Positions 26,847 to 37,618 of a stretch of 64,000 nt of DNA are shown piece after piece (position 1 is the stretch's first letter; every line of letters starts with the position of its first letter). Source of the DNA: an uncultured delta proteobacterium. GTDB lineage: Bacteria; Desulfobacterota; Desulfobacteria; Desulfobacterales; JAFDCJ01. The notes under the pieces were generated by a model that was given only the letters and a program-made list of their open reading frames with translations, did no database searches and was not told where the DNA came from. The DNA is taken from NCBI GenBank assembly GCA_963769935.1, contig CAVYNY010000018.1, forward strand, positions 64,001-128,000, written 5' to 3'. Position numbers and translations under genes: made by a program.

Positions 26847-27392
26847 TTATAAATTCCTTTGCACATTCACATTTTCGCTGTCGTAAGTGCGGAAAATCAA
26901 TTTTTCCCGTTCCCGCCGCTCGGGCGGGAAGGCAGCCAACCGGTAGGAATCCAAATTTTTGGTGACGGCATCCTTCGAGGGAACGGCATCCATCCCTTCA
27001 CCAATTTTTTTGCCCGAAATGGTATCCAGTACAATAGCCGTTTTACCATCGGAAACGACCGCCAGGGGAATCTGATAATCATCCAGCAGCCGGGCTGCGG
27101 CCACGATTTCTCTTTCCCGCGACCCGAGGGAACCGGCGGCACACTTAAAGGCCATAATCCGTTTTTTTGCGGCACCCACGGTCACCACCAGATCCACCTG
27201 GGAGCCGTATGGTTTTCCAGCAACATTCATTTCAATTTTGACATCCGTGGCGATATCATCCTTTGAATAACCTTTGGCATTGACTAAAAATTGCTCCACG
27301 GCCTGCCGGTTTTCCTCGGCACCGATATTCGGAATCTCCCGGCCGGTGACATAGTCGGTGATCATTGTATAGGGTTTCAGGGTATCCGGCAC
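26847..27392 (-). CDS. HsdR N-terminal-like (HSDR_N_2) domain protein
   Basis: EENRQAV..LVNAKGY, DLVV, LAVVSDG. Confidence 0.65.
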   Translation of the reverse strand: MPDTLKPYTMITDYVTGREIPNIGAEENRQAVEQFLVNAKGYSKDDIATDVKIEMNVAGKPYGSQVDLVVTVGAAKKRIMAFKCAAGSLGSREREIVAAARLLDDYQIPLAVVSDGKTAIVLDTISGKKIGEGMDAVPSKDAVTKNLDSYRLAAFPPERREREKLIFRTYDSENVNVQRNL

Positions 27393-27407
27393 AATAAGCT
27401 CCCGACG

Positions 27408-27537
27408 GAATTGAAGATTGAAGATTGCAAATTGAATATTTGTGGATGTCCTCTGCGCAGCACCGCCCGTTGCTCTGTTCTTTTAAAAACGAAAGAATAC
27501 CTTGAATATTCAATATTCAATCGAAAATATTCAATCG
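27408..27537. repeat. Inverted arms of heptamer tandem units
   Basis: GAATTGAAGATTGAAGATTGCAAATTGAATATT / AATATTCAATATTCAATCGAAAATATTCAATC. Confidence 0.75.
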
Positions 27538-27538
27538 C

Positions 27539-27940
27539 TTAGGCATCCGCCAGCTTCTCGGATGAGGCGGCAGCGTTTTTATGCTTTTTAAGAGAAGGCG
27601 TCATGATTCGCTGGGCATCGATCCACAGCCCCTCCAGGTCATAGAATACCCGTACAGGCTCATAAAACACATGGATGATCACATGCCCGTAATCCAGCAA
27701 CACCCAGTGGCCGTCTTTGGTGCCTTCCACGCTTAAAGGCTTTATCTTGTGCTTCTTCAGATCGGTTTGTATAAATTCCGCAATGGCATTGACCTGTCGA
27801 TTCGAGCTGCCGCTGCAAATAATAAAGACATCCGCGTAGGAGGTTAATTCAGCAACGTTCAGCACCACCACATTGCCGACTTTCTTGCCCAAGACAGCCT
27901 TGACATAAAGATCAAGGGGAGGGTCCATCGTATTCGTCAT
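27539..27940 (-). CDS. rsfS: Ribosome silencing factor
   Basis: WVLLDYGHVIIHVF, FYDLEGLW; follows nadD. Confidence 0.95.
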   Translation of the reverse strand: MTNTMDPPLDLYVKAVLGKKVGNVVVLNVAELTSYADVFIICSGSSNRQVNAIAEFIQTDLKKHKIKPLSVEGTKDGHWVLLDYGHVIIHVFYEPVRVFYDLEGLWIDAQRIMTPSLKKHKNAAASSEKLADA

Positions 27941-28602
27941 AAATATATTCCTTTGGATTGGATAAATTCAGCAACTTTCTGCGGCACCAGATATCCGATC
28001 GACCGGCCTTCTTTTGCCAGCCTGCGGACCGCCGTTGAAGAAATGTCCAGAGCGGTTACCTCAAAAACATAGACCGGTTGTTTGTCCGGTGAGCAGAAAC
28101 CGCACTGGGATTCGGCAAAGACATAGTCGGCGGATATTTTAGCTTTCAGGTAATCTTCCAGGACCTTCCATCGGAACCCATGGGCACCGATGCCGGCCTT
28201 CGGACGATTGATAATTATAAAAGGAATCTGCCGCAGCAATTCTTCATAGGATTTCCAGGTATCGATTTCAAGAAATGCATCCAGGCCCATAATCAGAAAG
28301 ATCCGGGAGTCAGCAGGCAGAGTGCGCTTAAAATGGTGTACAGTATCGATCGTATAGGATGGTCCGGATCGCTTTAATTCAACGTCTGAAAGTTCCAGGC
28401 CTGCAGAATCTTCAAGCGCCAGGCGCAGCATAAGCAGGCGGTCGGCTGCTTCAGCCACTTCTCCGGGCAGTTTGTGGGGCGGCAGGGCCGCGGGAATCAG
28501 AATAACCTCATCCAGTTCAAACCCTTCTTTTACCTCCAGTGCAGACCGGAGATGACCGAAATGAACCGGATTATACGTGCCGCCGAATAGTCCGATACGC
28601 AT
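27937..28602 (-). CDS. nadD: Nicotinate-nucleotide adenylyltransferase
   Basis: GLFGGTYNPVHFGH, SYTIDT, ISST. Confidence 0.95.
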   Translation of the reverse strand: MRIGLFGGTYNPVHFGHLRSALEVKEGFELDEVILIPAALPPHKLPGEVAEAADRLLMLRLALEDSAGLELSDVELKRSGPSYTIDTVHHFKRTLPADSRIFLIMGLDAFLEIDTWKSYEELLRQIPFIIINRPKAGIGAHGFRWKVLEDYLKAKISADYVFAESQCGFCSPDKQPVYVFEVTALDISSTAVRRLAKEGRSIGYLVPQKVAEFIQSKGIYL

Positions 28603-28629
28603 AGAAAAGCCTGCTTTTGGTTATTTGTT

Positions 28630-29889
28630 CTATTCACGAATTTGTCCATTCCCCAGCACCACAAATTTCGTGGTCGTCAGCTCCTCCACTCCCATAGGCC
28701 CAAAGGCATGCAGTTTAGAGGTGCTGATGCCGATTTCGGCACCCAGCCCCAGCTGACCGCCGTCGTTAAAACGCGTTGAAGCATTGACCAGCACCACGGA
28801 TGAATCCACTTCCCGCACGAAGCGTTTCGCCCGCTCATAATTCCGGGTTACGATGGCTTCGGTATGGTTGGATGAATATTCGGCGATGTGGGCCATCGCC
28901 GCGTCCATATCTTCCACCACTTTAATGGCCAGAATTAGATCAAGGTATTCGGCCGGCCAGTCTGATTCGGCCGCTTTCCCGGCAGCGGGCAGGATGCGGC
29001 AAGTTGCTTCACATCCTCTGAGCTCCACTCCCGCCCGCAGAAAACGTTCGGCCATGGGCGGCAAAAATGATTCGGCCGCCGCCTGATGCACAAGCAGGGT
29101 TTCCAGGGAATTGCACACACCGGGGCGCTGGACCTTGGCATTGAAGCAGATTTCCTGCGCCATATCCAAGTCGGCATCATCATCGACGTAAATATGGCAA
29201 ACCCCTTTGTAGTGTTTTAAGACCGGAATTTTCGAGTTCTCCACCACAAACCGGATAAGCCCTTCGCCGCCCCGCGGAATGATGAGGTCTACAAACTCCT
29301 GCTGTTTCAAAAGCGCCAGCACCGCCTCCCGCTCCCGCACCGGTACCACCTGCACGGAATTTCGCGGCAAATCCGTATCGGCCAGTGCCCGATAAATGAT
29401 TTGGGCCAGGGCCTGATTCGAATGAAATGCTTCCGATCCGCCGCGCAGGATGACCGCGTTGCCGGCTTTAAGACACAACCCGGCGGCATCGACGGTCACA
29501 TTGGGCCGCGACTCGTAAATGATGCCGATGACTCCCAGCGGAATCCGCATGCGCGCAACCTGCAGTCCGTTGGGCCGAATCCAGGTCTCACTCATGGTCC
29601 CGACCGGGTCGTTTATTCCCACGACCTCATTCAGGCCGGCCACCATCGAAGAGATGGTCTCATCTTTAACCGTCAGCCGATCGATCATGGCGGCGGAAAG
29701 GCCCTTTTCTTCCGCCCGGATCAGGTCCTTGCGGTTTTCCGCCTTGATAAAGGCGGCTTCCCTTTCAAGATAGTCGGCAATTGACAGCAATGCCGCATTT
29801 TTTTGATCCGAAGATAGCCGGCCCAGCTTTTTTGCCGCAGCCTTGGCGGCTTGAGCCATTTCCTGGATGGTTGCTTCGGTAGGAGTCAT
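28630..29889 (-). CDS. proA: Gamma-glutamyl phosphate reductase
   Basis: [29 protein letters not shown]. Confidence 0.97.
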   Translation of the reverse strand: MTPTEATIQEMAQAAKAAAKKLGRLSSDQKNAALLSIADYLEREAAFIKAENRKDLIRAEEKGLSAAMIDRLTVKDETISSMVAGLNEVVGINDPVGTMSETWIRPNGLQVARMRIPLGVIGIIYESRPNVTVDAAGLCLKAGNAVILRGGSEAFHSNQALAQIIYRALADTDLPRNSVQVVPVREREAVLALLKQQEFVDLIIPRGGEGLIRFVVENSKIPVLKHYKGVCHIYVDDDADLDMAQEICFNAKVQRPGVCNSLETLLVHQAAAESFLPPMAERFLRAGVELRGCEATCRILPAAGKAAESDWPAEYLDLILAIKVVEDMDAAMAHIAEYSSNHTEAIVTRNYERAKRFVREVDSSVVLVNASTRFNDGGQLGLGAEIGISTSKLHAFGPMGVEELTTTKFVVLGNGQIRE

Positions 29890-30103
29890 TGTCTTTTCCC
29901 GATACTCTTAATGAATGCTATTTCGTACTGCAGATGCTCGATACTGGATACTCGATGCCGGATGCTGGACTCGATGACTTAATATGGCTACTTTATTCCT
30001 GGTTTAAAAACGATTAACATCCTTAACTTTAGTTTTACAAGGCAATTTAGGCATTTCTTTAATCACCTGCTGATTGGATATAAATAAAGGCGCGCGATTT
30101 CAG

Positions 30104-31273
30104 CTAACGCAGTCCCCGATCACCCAACTCACATACCTCATCCTCCGCAGTAATAGCAAGATTATCCCGGTGTATAACCTCGTCGTAGGATTTGTGGCCC
30201 AGCACCTGCGTAATGCGGTTGGACTTCAAGCCCTTGATCTTTTCAATGTCAGCCGCGCTGTAGTTGACCAGTCCCATACCCAGGGGTTCGTTGCGCAGAT
30301 TCCGAAATTCCACCGGTGCACCGACGCCGAATTCATTTTTCACTTCAACGATGCCGATGGGCAGCAGGCTTTTCCCATTTTTCAGGATGGCCTTGACGGC
30401 CCCGTCGTCAATTCTGATGATGCCTTTGGGTTTTAAAGAATAGGCGATCCAGCACTTGCGCCGGGTCAGTTTCTGTCTATTGGGCGCGAAGAACGTACCG
30501 TGCTTTTCTCCGGTAAACAACTTGAGCAGGATATTCGGTTTGTCGCCTTTGGCAATCACCATGGGCACACCGGCTGAAGTAACCTTGCGGGCCGCTTTAA
30601 TTTTGCTGATCATTCCGCCGGTTCCTAAAGCACCGGGAATATGGCCGGCCAGCATTTCGGTAGATTTATTGATATGCGCCACCGTCGCGATCAGTTCGGC
30701 CTCCGGATGAACCCGCGGATCCCGGGTAAAGAGCCCGTCGATGTCGGTGAGATTAATCAACAGGTCCGCATCCATCAGCAGGGTGATCATCGCGGCCAGA
30801 TTATCATTGTCGCCCAGCTTGATCTCCTCGACCCACACCGTATCGTTCTCATTTACAATCGGGATCACCTGCCAGGACAGCAGGGTGTTAAGGGTATTTC
30901 TGGCGTTCAGATAGCGCTTGCGATTGGATAGATCCTCACTGGTTAAGAGAATCTGGGCAACTTTCAATCGGTACCGGCCGAAGGCTTTTTCATATTCCAT
31001 CATCAGGCCGGCTTGGCCGACGGCCGCTACCGCCTGGCGCTTGGGAAGTTCATCCGGTCTTGCCGGCAGGCCGATTTTTTTTATCCCGGACGCCATGGCG
31101 CCGGATGAAACCAGAATCACTTCCAGTCCGTTTGCGATCAACTGCCCTATCTGGCGGGTGAGGGACCGTATGACTTTCAAATTCAGACCATTATCTTCGG
31201 TCAACACGTTGCTTCCCACCTTCACCACGATCCGTCTGGCCCCGTCAAAGCTCAATTTATTTTTTTTGGCCAT
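30104..31273 (-). CDS. proB: Glutamate 5-kinase
   Basis: VKVGS, NENDTV, GDNDNL, GTGGM, PUA tail VIHRDNL. Confidence 0.97.
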   Translation of the reverse strand: MAKKNKLSFDGARRIVVKVGSNVLTEDNGLNLKVIRSLTRQIGQLIANGLEVILVSSGAMASGIKKIGLPARPDELPKRQAVAAVGQAGLMMEYEKAFGRYRLKVAQILLTSEDLSNRKRYLNARNTLNTLLSWQVIPIVNENDTVWVEEIKLGDNDNLAAMITLLMDADLLINLTDIDGLFTRDPRVHPEAELIATVAHINKSTEMLAGHIPGALGTGGMISKIKAARKVTSAGVPMVIAKGDKPNILLKLFTGEKHGTFFAPNRQKLTRRKCWIAYSLKPKGIIRIDDGAVKAILKNGKSLLPIGIVEVKNEFGVGAPVEFRNLRNEPLGMGLVNYSAADIEKIKGLKSNRITQVLGHKSYDEVIHRDNLAITAEDEVCELGDRGLR

Positions 31274-32267
31274 GGGATTTGTCCAATAATTCGACCAACT
31301 TCAATTTCAGCGGTTCGAGCCCTCGGTGGGTGGCAGCAGATATTTTCAAAACCGGACGGTCATGCATGGCAGCCTGAAACGCTTCTGCGGCCTGGTCGGC
31401 ACCCGGCATATCCATTTTATTTAAAACTATAATCTGGGCCTTTTCCGTCAGCAGCGGATTGTACTGCGCCAGTTCCGAATTGATGGTTGAATAAGCGGCG
31501 ATCGGATTCTGCGGATCTATAGCGGCGGCATCGATCAGATGAACCAGAATATGCGTGCGTTCAATATGGCGTAAAAAACGAATTCCCAGGCCGGCTCCTT
31601 TGTGGGCTCCTTCGATCAATCCGGGAATATCGGCAACAACAAAGGACTCTGCCTGATCGGGCTGGACGACTCCCAGAATTGGTGCAAGGGTGGTAAAGGG
31701 ATAATCAGCTATTTTAGGCGTAGCCGAAGAAATGACACTGATCAGGGTGGATTTTCCGGCGTTGGGCAAACCGATCAGTCCCACGTCGGCTAAAAGTTTG
31801 AGTTCGAGCTTGAGCTTTAGAGACTGACCCGGCTCACCGGGTTGGGCAAAACGCGGTGTGCGATGGGTGGAGGATTTAAAATGCGTATTCCCCAGCCCCC
31901 CGCGGCCGCCTTTGGCAATAACAACCGACTCGCCGGACTGGACGAAGTCTTTCAGTAGTTCATCGGTCTCCGCATTGCTGACCAGAGTTCCCGGCGGAAT
32001 TTCAATGCTAAGATCACTGCCGTTTTTGCCGGTTTTCTGATTTCCCTGTCCATGGGCGCCGTTTTGGGCTTTAAACTGCCGCTTGAATCGAAACGGATAC
32101 AAAGTTCGTCTGTGCGATGTGCTTAATAAGACTACATCACCGCCTTTGCCTCCGTCGCCGCCGTCCGGACCCCCCCGGGGAATAAATTTTTCGCGTCGAA
32201 AACTTACGCATCCGCGACCGCCGTTGCCGGACTGAACGGTAATGAACACTTCATCAATGAATTTCAC
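31257..32267 (-). CDS. obgE: GTPase ObgE
   Basis: [36 protein letters not shown]. Confidence 0.97.
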   Translation of the reverse strand: MKFIDEVFITVQSGNGGRGCVSFRREKFIPRGGPDGGDGGKGGDVVLLSTSHRRTLYPFRFKRQFKAQNGAHGQGNQKTGKNGSDLSIEIPPGTLVSNAETDELLKDFVQSGESVVIAKGGRGGLGNTHFKSSTHRTPRFAQPGEPGQSLKLKLELKLLADVGLIGLPNAGKSTLISVISSATPKIADYPFTTLAPILGVVQPDQAESFVVADIPGLIEGAHKGAGLGIRFLRHIERTHILVHLIDAAAIDPQNPIAAYSTINSELAQYNPLLTEKAQIIVLNKMDMPGADQAAEAFQAAMHDRPVLKISAATHRGLEPLKLKLVELLDKSHGQKK

Positions 32268-32518
32268 GCTGCATAAACGCTCACTTTTTTGCGATCGCGT
32301 CCCACTCGTTCATAGGCCACCGTGCCGTCAACCTTGGCAAAAAGAGTATAATCCCTGCCCATACCGACATTGTCACCCGGATGGATTCTAGTGCCCACCT
32401 GGCGCACCAGAATATTGCCGGCTTTGACCGTTTGACCGCCAAAACACTTGACGCCCCGTCGTTGAGCATTGCTGTCGCGGCCATTTTTTGAACTGCCGCC
32501 TGCTTTTTTATGAGCCAT
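32264..32518 (-). CDS. rpmA: 50S ribosomal protein L27
   Basis: [16 protein letters not shown]. Confidence 0.98.
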   Translation of the reverse strand: MAHKKAGGSSKNGRDSNAQRRGVKCFGGQTVKAGNILVRQVGTRIHPGDNVGMGRDYTLFAKVDGTVAYERVGRDRKKVSVYAA

Positions 32519-32550
32519 TGTAGATACCTCAACAAATTAGAATTTAAACA

Positions 32551-32949
32551 TTAATCCGATACCGGCGCAGCATCTGCCTGTTTAATTTCCGGCTCGGACG
32601 CTGTATCGGATGGGGCGGCTTCCTGGGCTGTGAGGCCGGCGCCCTTTATGCTGTCGATCTGCACCGCGGTGAATTCCTGACGATGCCCCTGTTTGCGGCG
32701 GTAGCGTTTGCGCCTTTTGTACTTGAATACGAGGATTTTTTTGGCCCTGCCCTGCGCCACAATATGGCCTTCAACGGCAATATTGTCCAACATTGGCTGG
32801 CCGATGCTGACATTTTCACCGTCGGAAAACATCAATACCCGGTCGAAGCTTACGGGGCTGCCGACATTCCCCGGGATCCTTTCAATTCTTAAAACCTCGC
32901 CTTGCTGGACTTTGTATTGTTTACCGCCAGTATTGACTACCGCATACAT
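32551..32949 (-). CDS. rplU: 50S ribosomal protein L21
   Basis: MYAVVNTGGKQYKV, GHRQ; GGAGG RBS. Confidence 0.97.
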   Translation of the reverse strand: MYAVVNTGGKQYKVQQGEVLRIERIPGNVGSPVSFDRVLMFSDGENVSIGQPMLDNIAVEGHIVAQGRAKKILVFKYKRRKRYRRKQGHRQEFTAVQIDSIKGAGLTAQEAAPSDTASEPEIKQADAAPVSD

Positions 32950-33206
32950 CGGATCAGCCTCCTGTAAAATATATTTTAATCTTGGATTTAAAATTTGCAA
33001 ATATTAATCTTTAGAAACAATTTGTCAAGAAAAATCTGTAATTAACCCGTCCTCGAAAATAGACAAATGGTCATTCGGTCATATATTTTAATTATTTAAT
33101 CCGCCCTGAAAAGCGTCAAATATATTTTTTGGTTTTCGCCGAACCGTTCAACCGGTTCGGAACCTGATATCGATAGTCTCAGGGCGGCGTAAATAAGGAG
33201 GAATTA

Positions 33207-34013
33207 TTGAATACGACCACCCCTCGCCAGATTATTCACTGGGACCGGACATCCAATACAACCAAAGATAAGGATCTTCTGGGCGAAGAACCGCTTTCGA
33301 TTCGCATTCAGGGAAACCCATACTCGGTTATCATGCGCACGCCGGGCGATGAAATCGAGCTTGCGGCCGGATTCTGCCTGACGGAAGGCATCATCGACAC
33401 GCCGGCTGACTTCCAGTCGCTGGCTTTCTGTGACGGTGAAGATACCAATACGGTTGCCGTCACGCTGGTCCCGTCGCGCCGGGCGCTCATATCTGAAATT
33501 TTAGACCGACGGGGTTTTATCAGCCAATCCAGCTGCGGCCTTTGCGGCAAAGTGATCGTGGAAGATCTCTATCAAAAAATCATGCCTCTGGAGGACAATT
33601 CCCCGGTCGACATCAACGGCGCACTTGCCTGTCTTGAAAAAATTTCCCGGCATCAGCCCCTGCGCCGGCAGACGCGGGCCGCGCACGCTGCGGTTTTATA
33701 CAATTCGGACTTTGAATTATTGGCCGCGGCGGAGGATGTCGGCCGGCACAATGCCCTTGATAAAGTCATCGGCAAGACCTTTCTCGATAAAAAACTGGAT
33801 CAGACCGCGCTGCTGACCCTGTCATCCCGCATCAGTTATGAACTTGTTCAAAAAGCAGCCCGGGCCCGCATCCCGATCATTCTGGCCATATCGCGTCCCA
33901 CGGCGCTGGCAGTACAACTGGCAGCCCAATTAAACATCACGCTGGCAACCCTGGCGGATGGACCCGGATTATATATTTTTTCAGGCGCCCGGCGACTGTT
34001 GAACGGAAGGTAA
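33207..34013 (+). CDS. fdhD: Formate dehydrogenase accessory sulfurtransferase
   Basis: MRTPG, SSCGLCG, EDVGRHNALDK. Confidence 0.95.
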   Translation: MNTTTPRQIIHWDRTSNTTKDKDLLGEEPLSIRIQGNPYSVIMRTPGDEIELAAGFCLTEGIIDTPADFQSLAFCDGEDTNTVAVTLVPSRRALISEILDRRGFISQSSCGLCGKVIVEDLYQKIMPLEDNSPVDINGALACLEKISRHQPLRRQTRAAHAAVLYNSDFELLAAAEDVGRHNALDKVIGKTFLDKKLDQTALLTLSSRISYELVQKAARARIPIILAISRPTALAVQLAAQLNITLATLADGPGLYIFSGARRLLNGR

Positions 34014-34163
34014 ATAATCCCAGCCCAGAGGGTCAGGCTTTGAGTTCACCCCGGCTTCCGGCTCGCAGAGCCCACAGCTCGGAGAGAGGGGTGGTGTTTA
34101 CCGCCAGAGAACCCATGGAATAATGGATTGGAATAAAATTCGCTACGAAAAGGAGATTCGATC

Positions 34164-35228
34164 ATGCAATATTCGAATTTCGGCAACACCGGACTCATCG
34201 TCTCCCGTTTGGCCTTCGGCGCCATGACATTCGGCCAGGGAACCCTGGTCGGCGAGCTCAAAAATAATATGGATCAGAACGTTGCCGATCAGCTGGTGGG
34301 AATGTGCCTGGATGCCGGTATCAACTTCTTTGACACAGCCGACATGTATACCTCCGGTCAGTCTGAAATTATGCTGGGAAAAGCGCTGAAAGGCAAACGC
34401 GATGATGTTATCATAAGCACCAAATGCGGCTTTCGCAGCGGTGCGGCGGTGATCGCCAGCGGATTGTCCTACCGCTACATTTTAAAAGCCGTGGCGGCTA
34501 GCCTGAAGCGCCTGGCCACCGATTACATCGACCTTTTTCTGGTCCACATTCCGGATCCCATCACGCCCCTGGAAGAAACCGCCCGGGCCCTGGATGACGT
34601 CGTCAAAAAGGGTTGGGTGCGTTATGTCGGCTGCAGCAACTATCCGGCCTGGAAAGCGCAGAAAATGCTCGCTATTCAGCAAAGGGACGGCCGGGTAAAA
34701 TGGATCGGCGCCCAGATGTACTATTCGTTGCTGGGCCGCGATCTGGAAATTGACGTGGTACCGTTTCTGCAAGACAACGGTCTGGGACTGATGGTCTGGA
34801 GCCCCCTGGCCAGCGGATTTTTGACCGGCAAATATACCGGCGAAAACCCGGTGCCGCCGGACAGTCGCCGGGCTGTCTTCGATTTCCCTCCCATAGACAT
34901 CGAAAAAGGCTATGCCGTGGTCGCAGCGCTCAAAGAACTCGGTGCTAAATACGAGGCTTCGGTGGCCCAGATGGCGCTGGCCTGGCTGCTGGCCAAACCG
35001 GTGGTTTCCAGCATAATCATCGGCGCAACCAAAACCCGGCAACTGGAAGAAAACCTCGGGGCCGCACGGCTTAATCTGTCAGCCGAAGATGTGCAGGCGC
35101 TCGATGATTTAACATCCACCCCTGCGCCATATCCGGCCTGGATGCAGCCGCTGGGCTGGGATGAGAAAGTCAAAGAAGCGCTTGGCGCAGAGGGCAGAGA
35201 GCAGAGAGCAGTGGGTTTGGGAGCTTAA
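34164..35228 (+). CDS. Aldo/keto reductase
   Basis: FDTADMY, GCSN, WSPLASGFLTGKY. Confidence 0.92.
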   Translation: MQYSNFGNTGLIVSRLAFGAMTFGQGTLVGELKNNMDQNVADQLVGMCLDAGINFFDTADMYTSGQSEIMLGKALKGKRDDVIISTKCGFRSGAAVIASGLSYRYILKAVAASLKRLATDYIDLFLVHIPDPITPLEETARALDDVVKKGWVRYVGCSNYPAWKAQKMLAIQQRDGRVKWIGAQMYYSLLGRDLEIDVVPFLQDNGLGLMVWSPLASGFLTGKYTGENPVPPDSRRAVFDFPPIDIEKGYAVVAALKELGAKYEASVAQMALAWLLAKPVVSSIIIGATKTRQLEENLGAARLNLSAEDVQALDDLTSTPAPYPAWMQPLGWDEKVKEALGAEGREQRAVGLGA

Positions 35229-35256
35229 GGTATTTTACAAAAACCGGAGCGGATCA

Positions 35257-35498
35257 AAATCTCAAATCCCAAATCACAAATTCCAAATAAATTTCAATGA
35301 CCAAAATTCAAAATTCCAAACGGGCCATAGTCTATTTCGCTTAAATCTCTTGTAAATACGGGATCTTTCATCACGGAAGCACGAAAGCTGTAAAACTCGG
35401 AGAACACGTACCTGGATTTTCGTGGTTTTGCCGGTTTCGGTCATTGATTATTGTAATTTGGGATTTATTTGTAATTTGGTGCTTGGAATTTGGAGTTT
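35257..35498. repeat. Long inverted arms of CCAAA/TTTGG heptamer units with nested inner repeat
   Basis: AAATCCCAAATCACAAATTCCAAATAAATTTCAATGACC / GGTCATTG..TTTGGGATTTATTTGTAATTTGGTGCTTGGAATTTGG. Confidence 0.8.
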
Positions 35499-35586
35499 AT
35501 TCCATTTTTAAAAAATATTCTTCAATCTTCAATCGTCATTCGTCAATCGTCATTTCCCAGGGTCTCCCGGACCCTCAGGAACAGCC

Positions 35587-36750
35587 TCAGGTAGGCCCGC
35601 ATTGCGACGGCGTGAGTGAGCAACCAGAATCGGACGATGCCGGGGCGGATGTTTTGGGCGCGGACGGCCGGGCCGATTTCGGCCGCACTGCCAGAGATCT
35701 TATTTTACGGTATAAAGGTTTAACCGATAGAAACAGTATCAACAGCGCACCTGCCCACTGCACCCAAACCGGCACCAGCTCGGATGCGTGGCCCACCATG
35801 GCTTGCGCTGAAATGCCCATGACGGCATACACATGATCGAGAACCAGGCCGAAAAATACGGCCGAAACCGCTATCGTGCTCAGATAGATAGCGGTGGCCC
35901 GCTTGCCGAGAATTCCCGTCAGAACGGTCAAAGACGCCACATTCGTGGCGGGACCGACCAGTAAAAACACCAGGGCTGCGCCCGGGCTGACGCCTTTTAA
36001 GATCAAGGCCGCAGCAATGGGCGTTGAAGCGGTTGCACAAATATACAATGGAATTCCAATGACCAGCATCAGAAGCATGGCCGACAACCCGGACCCGAGA
36101 TATCTGCTGAAGATATCATCCGGGATTAAAACAGTTATGAACCCCGCCAGCAACACTCCGAAAAGAAACCATTTTGCAATGTCCTCCCAGAGATCGCCAA
36201 AGGCATAGCCTACCCCGGCTTTGACTTTTTCTGAAAAGGTATGGTGACTTCGGTGGGTTTCCGGATCACAATTTTTGCCGTCACAGCAGTTGTCGACCGG
36301 ACAGCTGAGATCCGGTATGATCCTTTTGTTTTCAGCGCTATTGCCGAATAAATTTTCGGCGATGCCGGCGATGGTTGCCGTGATAAAGGCGACCAAAGGT
36401 CTTGCCACCGTCATGATCGGGTCCAGCAGCGCATAGGTGATGGAAATCGAATCCACCCCGGATTCCGGCGTTGATATTAAAAAGGCCGTCGTGGCGCCGT
36501 TGTTGGCGCCCTGTTTACGCAGCGACACGGCTGCGGGCAATACCCCGCAGGATCACAACGGAATGGGAATACCTAGAAAAGCCGCTTTAAAGACCGATGA
36601 AAACCGTCCCCGGCCCAGGTGCCGGATCACTGTGTTCGGATTGAGAAACACCCGCAACAGACCGCTGACCAGCAGACCGAATAAAATATAAACCGAGGCT
36701 TCGAGCAGCAGATGCCACGATTCCTTCAATACATCGAGTATAAAATTCAA
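35587..36750 (-). CDS. DUF318/SO_0444-like metal permease, probable selenoprotein (UGA at 36553-36555)
   Basis: ORFs 36553-36750 and 35587-36540 are in frame: GIPIPL-TGA-SCGVLP matches family PLCSCGVxP; later PLYICATASTP. Confidence 0.85.
36529..36552 (-). promoter_or_regulatory. Candidate SECIS hairpin
   Basis: CTGCGGG-GTATTG-CCCGCAG immediately 3' of in-frame UGA. Confidence 0.55.
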
Positions 36751-37180
36751 GTCCTCTATCCCCTGCTTTTGTTGATTAAGTTTGTTGTGTTCGTTGAGTG
36801 TATTGAGTTCATTGAGTTCGTTGTGTTGATGCGATTGAATGAATCACCCTCTCACACGAATCAACCCAATCCATATTTGACGATACGCTCTGCTCTCAGC
36901 CCTTCGCGTCTCGTCCTTTCCGCTTATATGAAACTACATCTCACACAAAGCGCTCGGAGATCACATAGGTCTAGGTTTACAGGCGCCTGCGGCGAAAGAA
37001 AAATGTTCTCTGCGGTCTCTGTGAGCTCTAACGAAGTGGGCGTGATATTAAATCCAACTGTGTCCGATTTCCAAAAGTTTCTTTTATGATCAGACCGGCC
37101 GTTGTTTTGGCCGGCGGCGGCGCTGACACCTGAAACCTCAAAACCGCTCTCTGCCCTCTGCTCTATGCGCTTTGCGCTGA

Positions 37181-37555
37181 CTATTCCCTAACGTGTTCCA
37201 GCCCAAGATTTAAAAGCCGGGCGACATGTTCATCATCCAGCGAATAGTACATGACTTGTCCCGCACGCCGTTTTTTGACCAGGGATAGATCTTTCAGACG
37301 GCGCAGCTGATGGGACACGGCCGACTCGCTCAGCCCCGTAAATGCCGCCAGATCGCAGACACACATTTCGACATTTCGCAGGGTCATCACGATTTTGAGG
37401 CGGTTCGGATCACCCAACACCTTGTACGTCAGGGACAGTCGTTCCACTTCGCGGTCCGAAATGGCATCTTCACGCGCCTGCTCAACCCGGTCCAGGTGAA
37501 TCACCCGTATTTGACAGCCGTCTTCCTGGATTAATTTGGCCTTGGCTGATCCCAT
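37181..37555 (-). CDS. ArsR/SmtB (CadC-like) metal-responsive repressor
   Basis: LGDPNRLKI, EMCVCDLA, SAVSHQLRRL, YYSLDDEHV. Confidence 0.92.
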   Translation of the reverse strand: MGSAKAKLIQEDGCQIRVIHLDRVEQAREDAISDREVERLSLTYKVLGDPNRLKIVMTLRNVEMCVCDLAAFTGLSESAVSHQLRRLKDLSLVKKRRAGQVMYYSLDDEHVARLLNLGLEHVRE

Positions 37556-37618
37556 GCCGCCCCCCCTGCTAAAATATCTGAACAGATGTTCATATATTAA
37601 ATCAATGTGCGTCAATAA

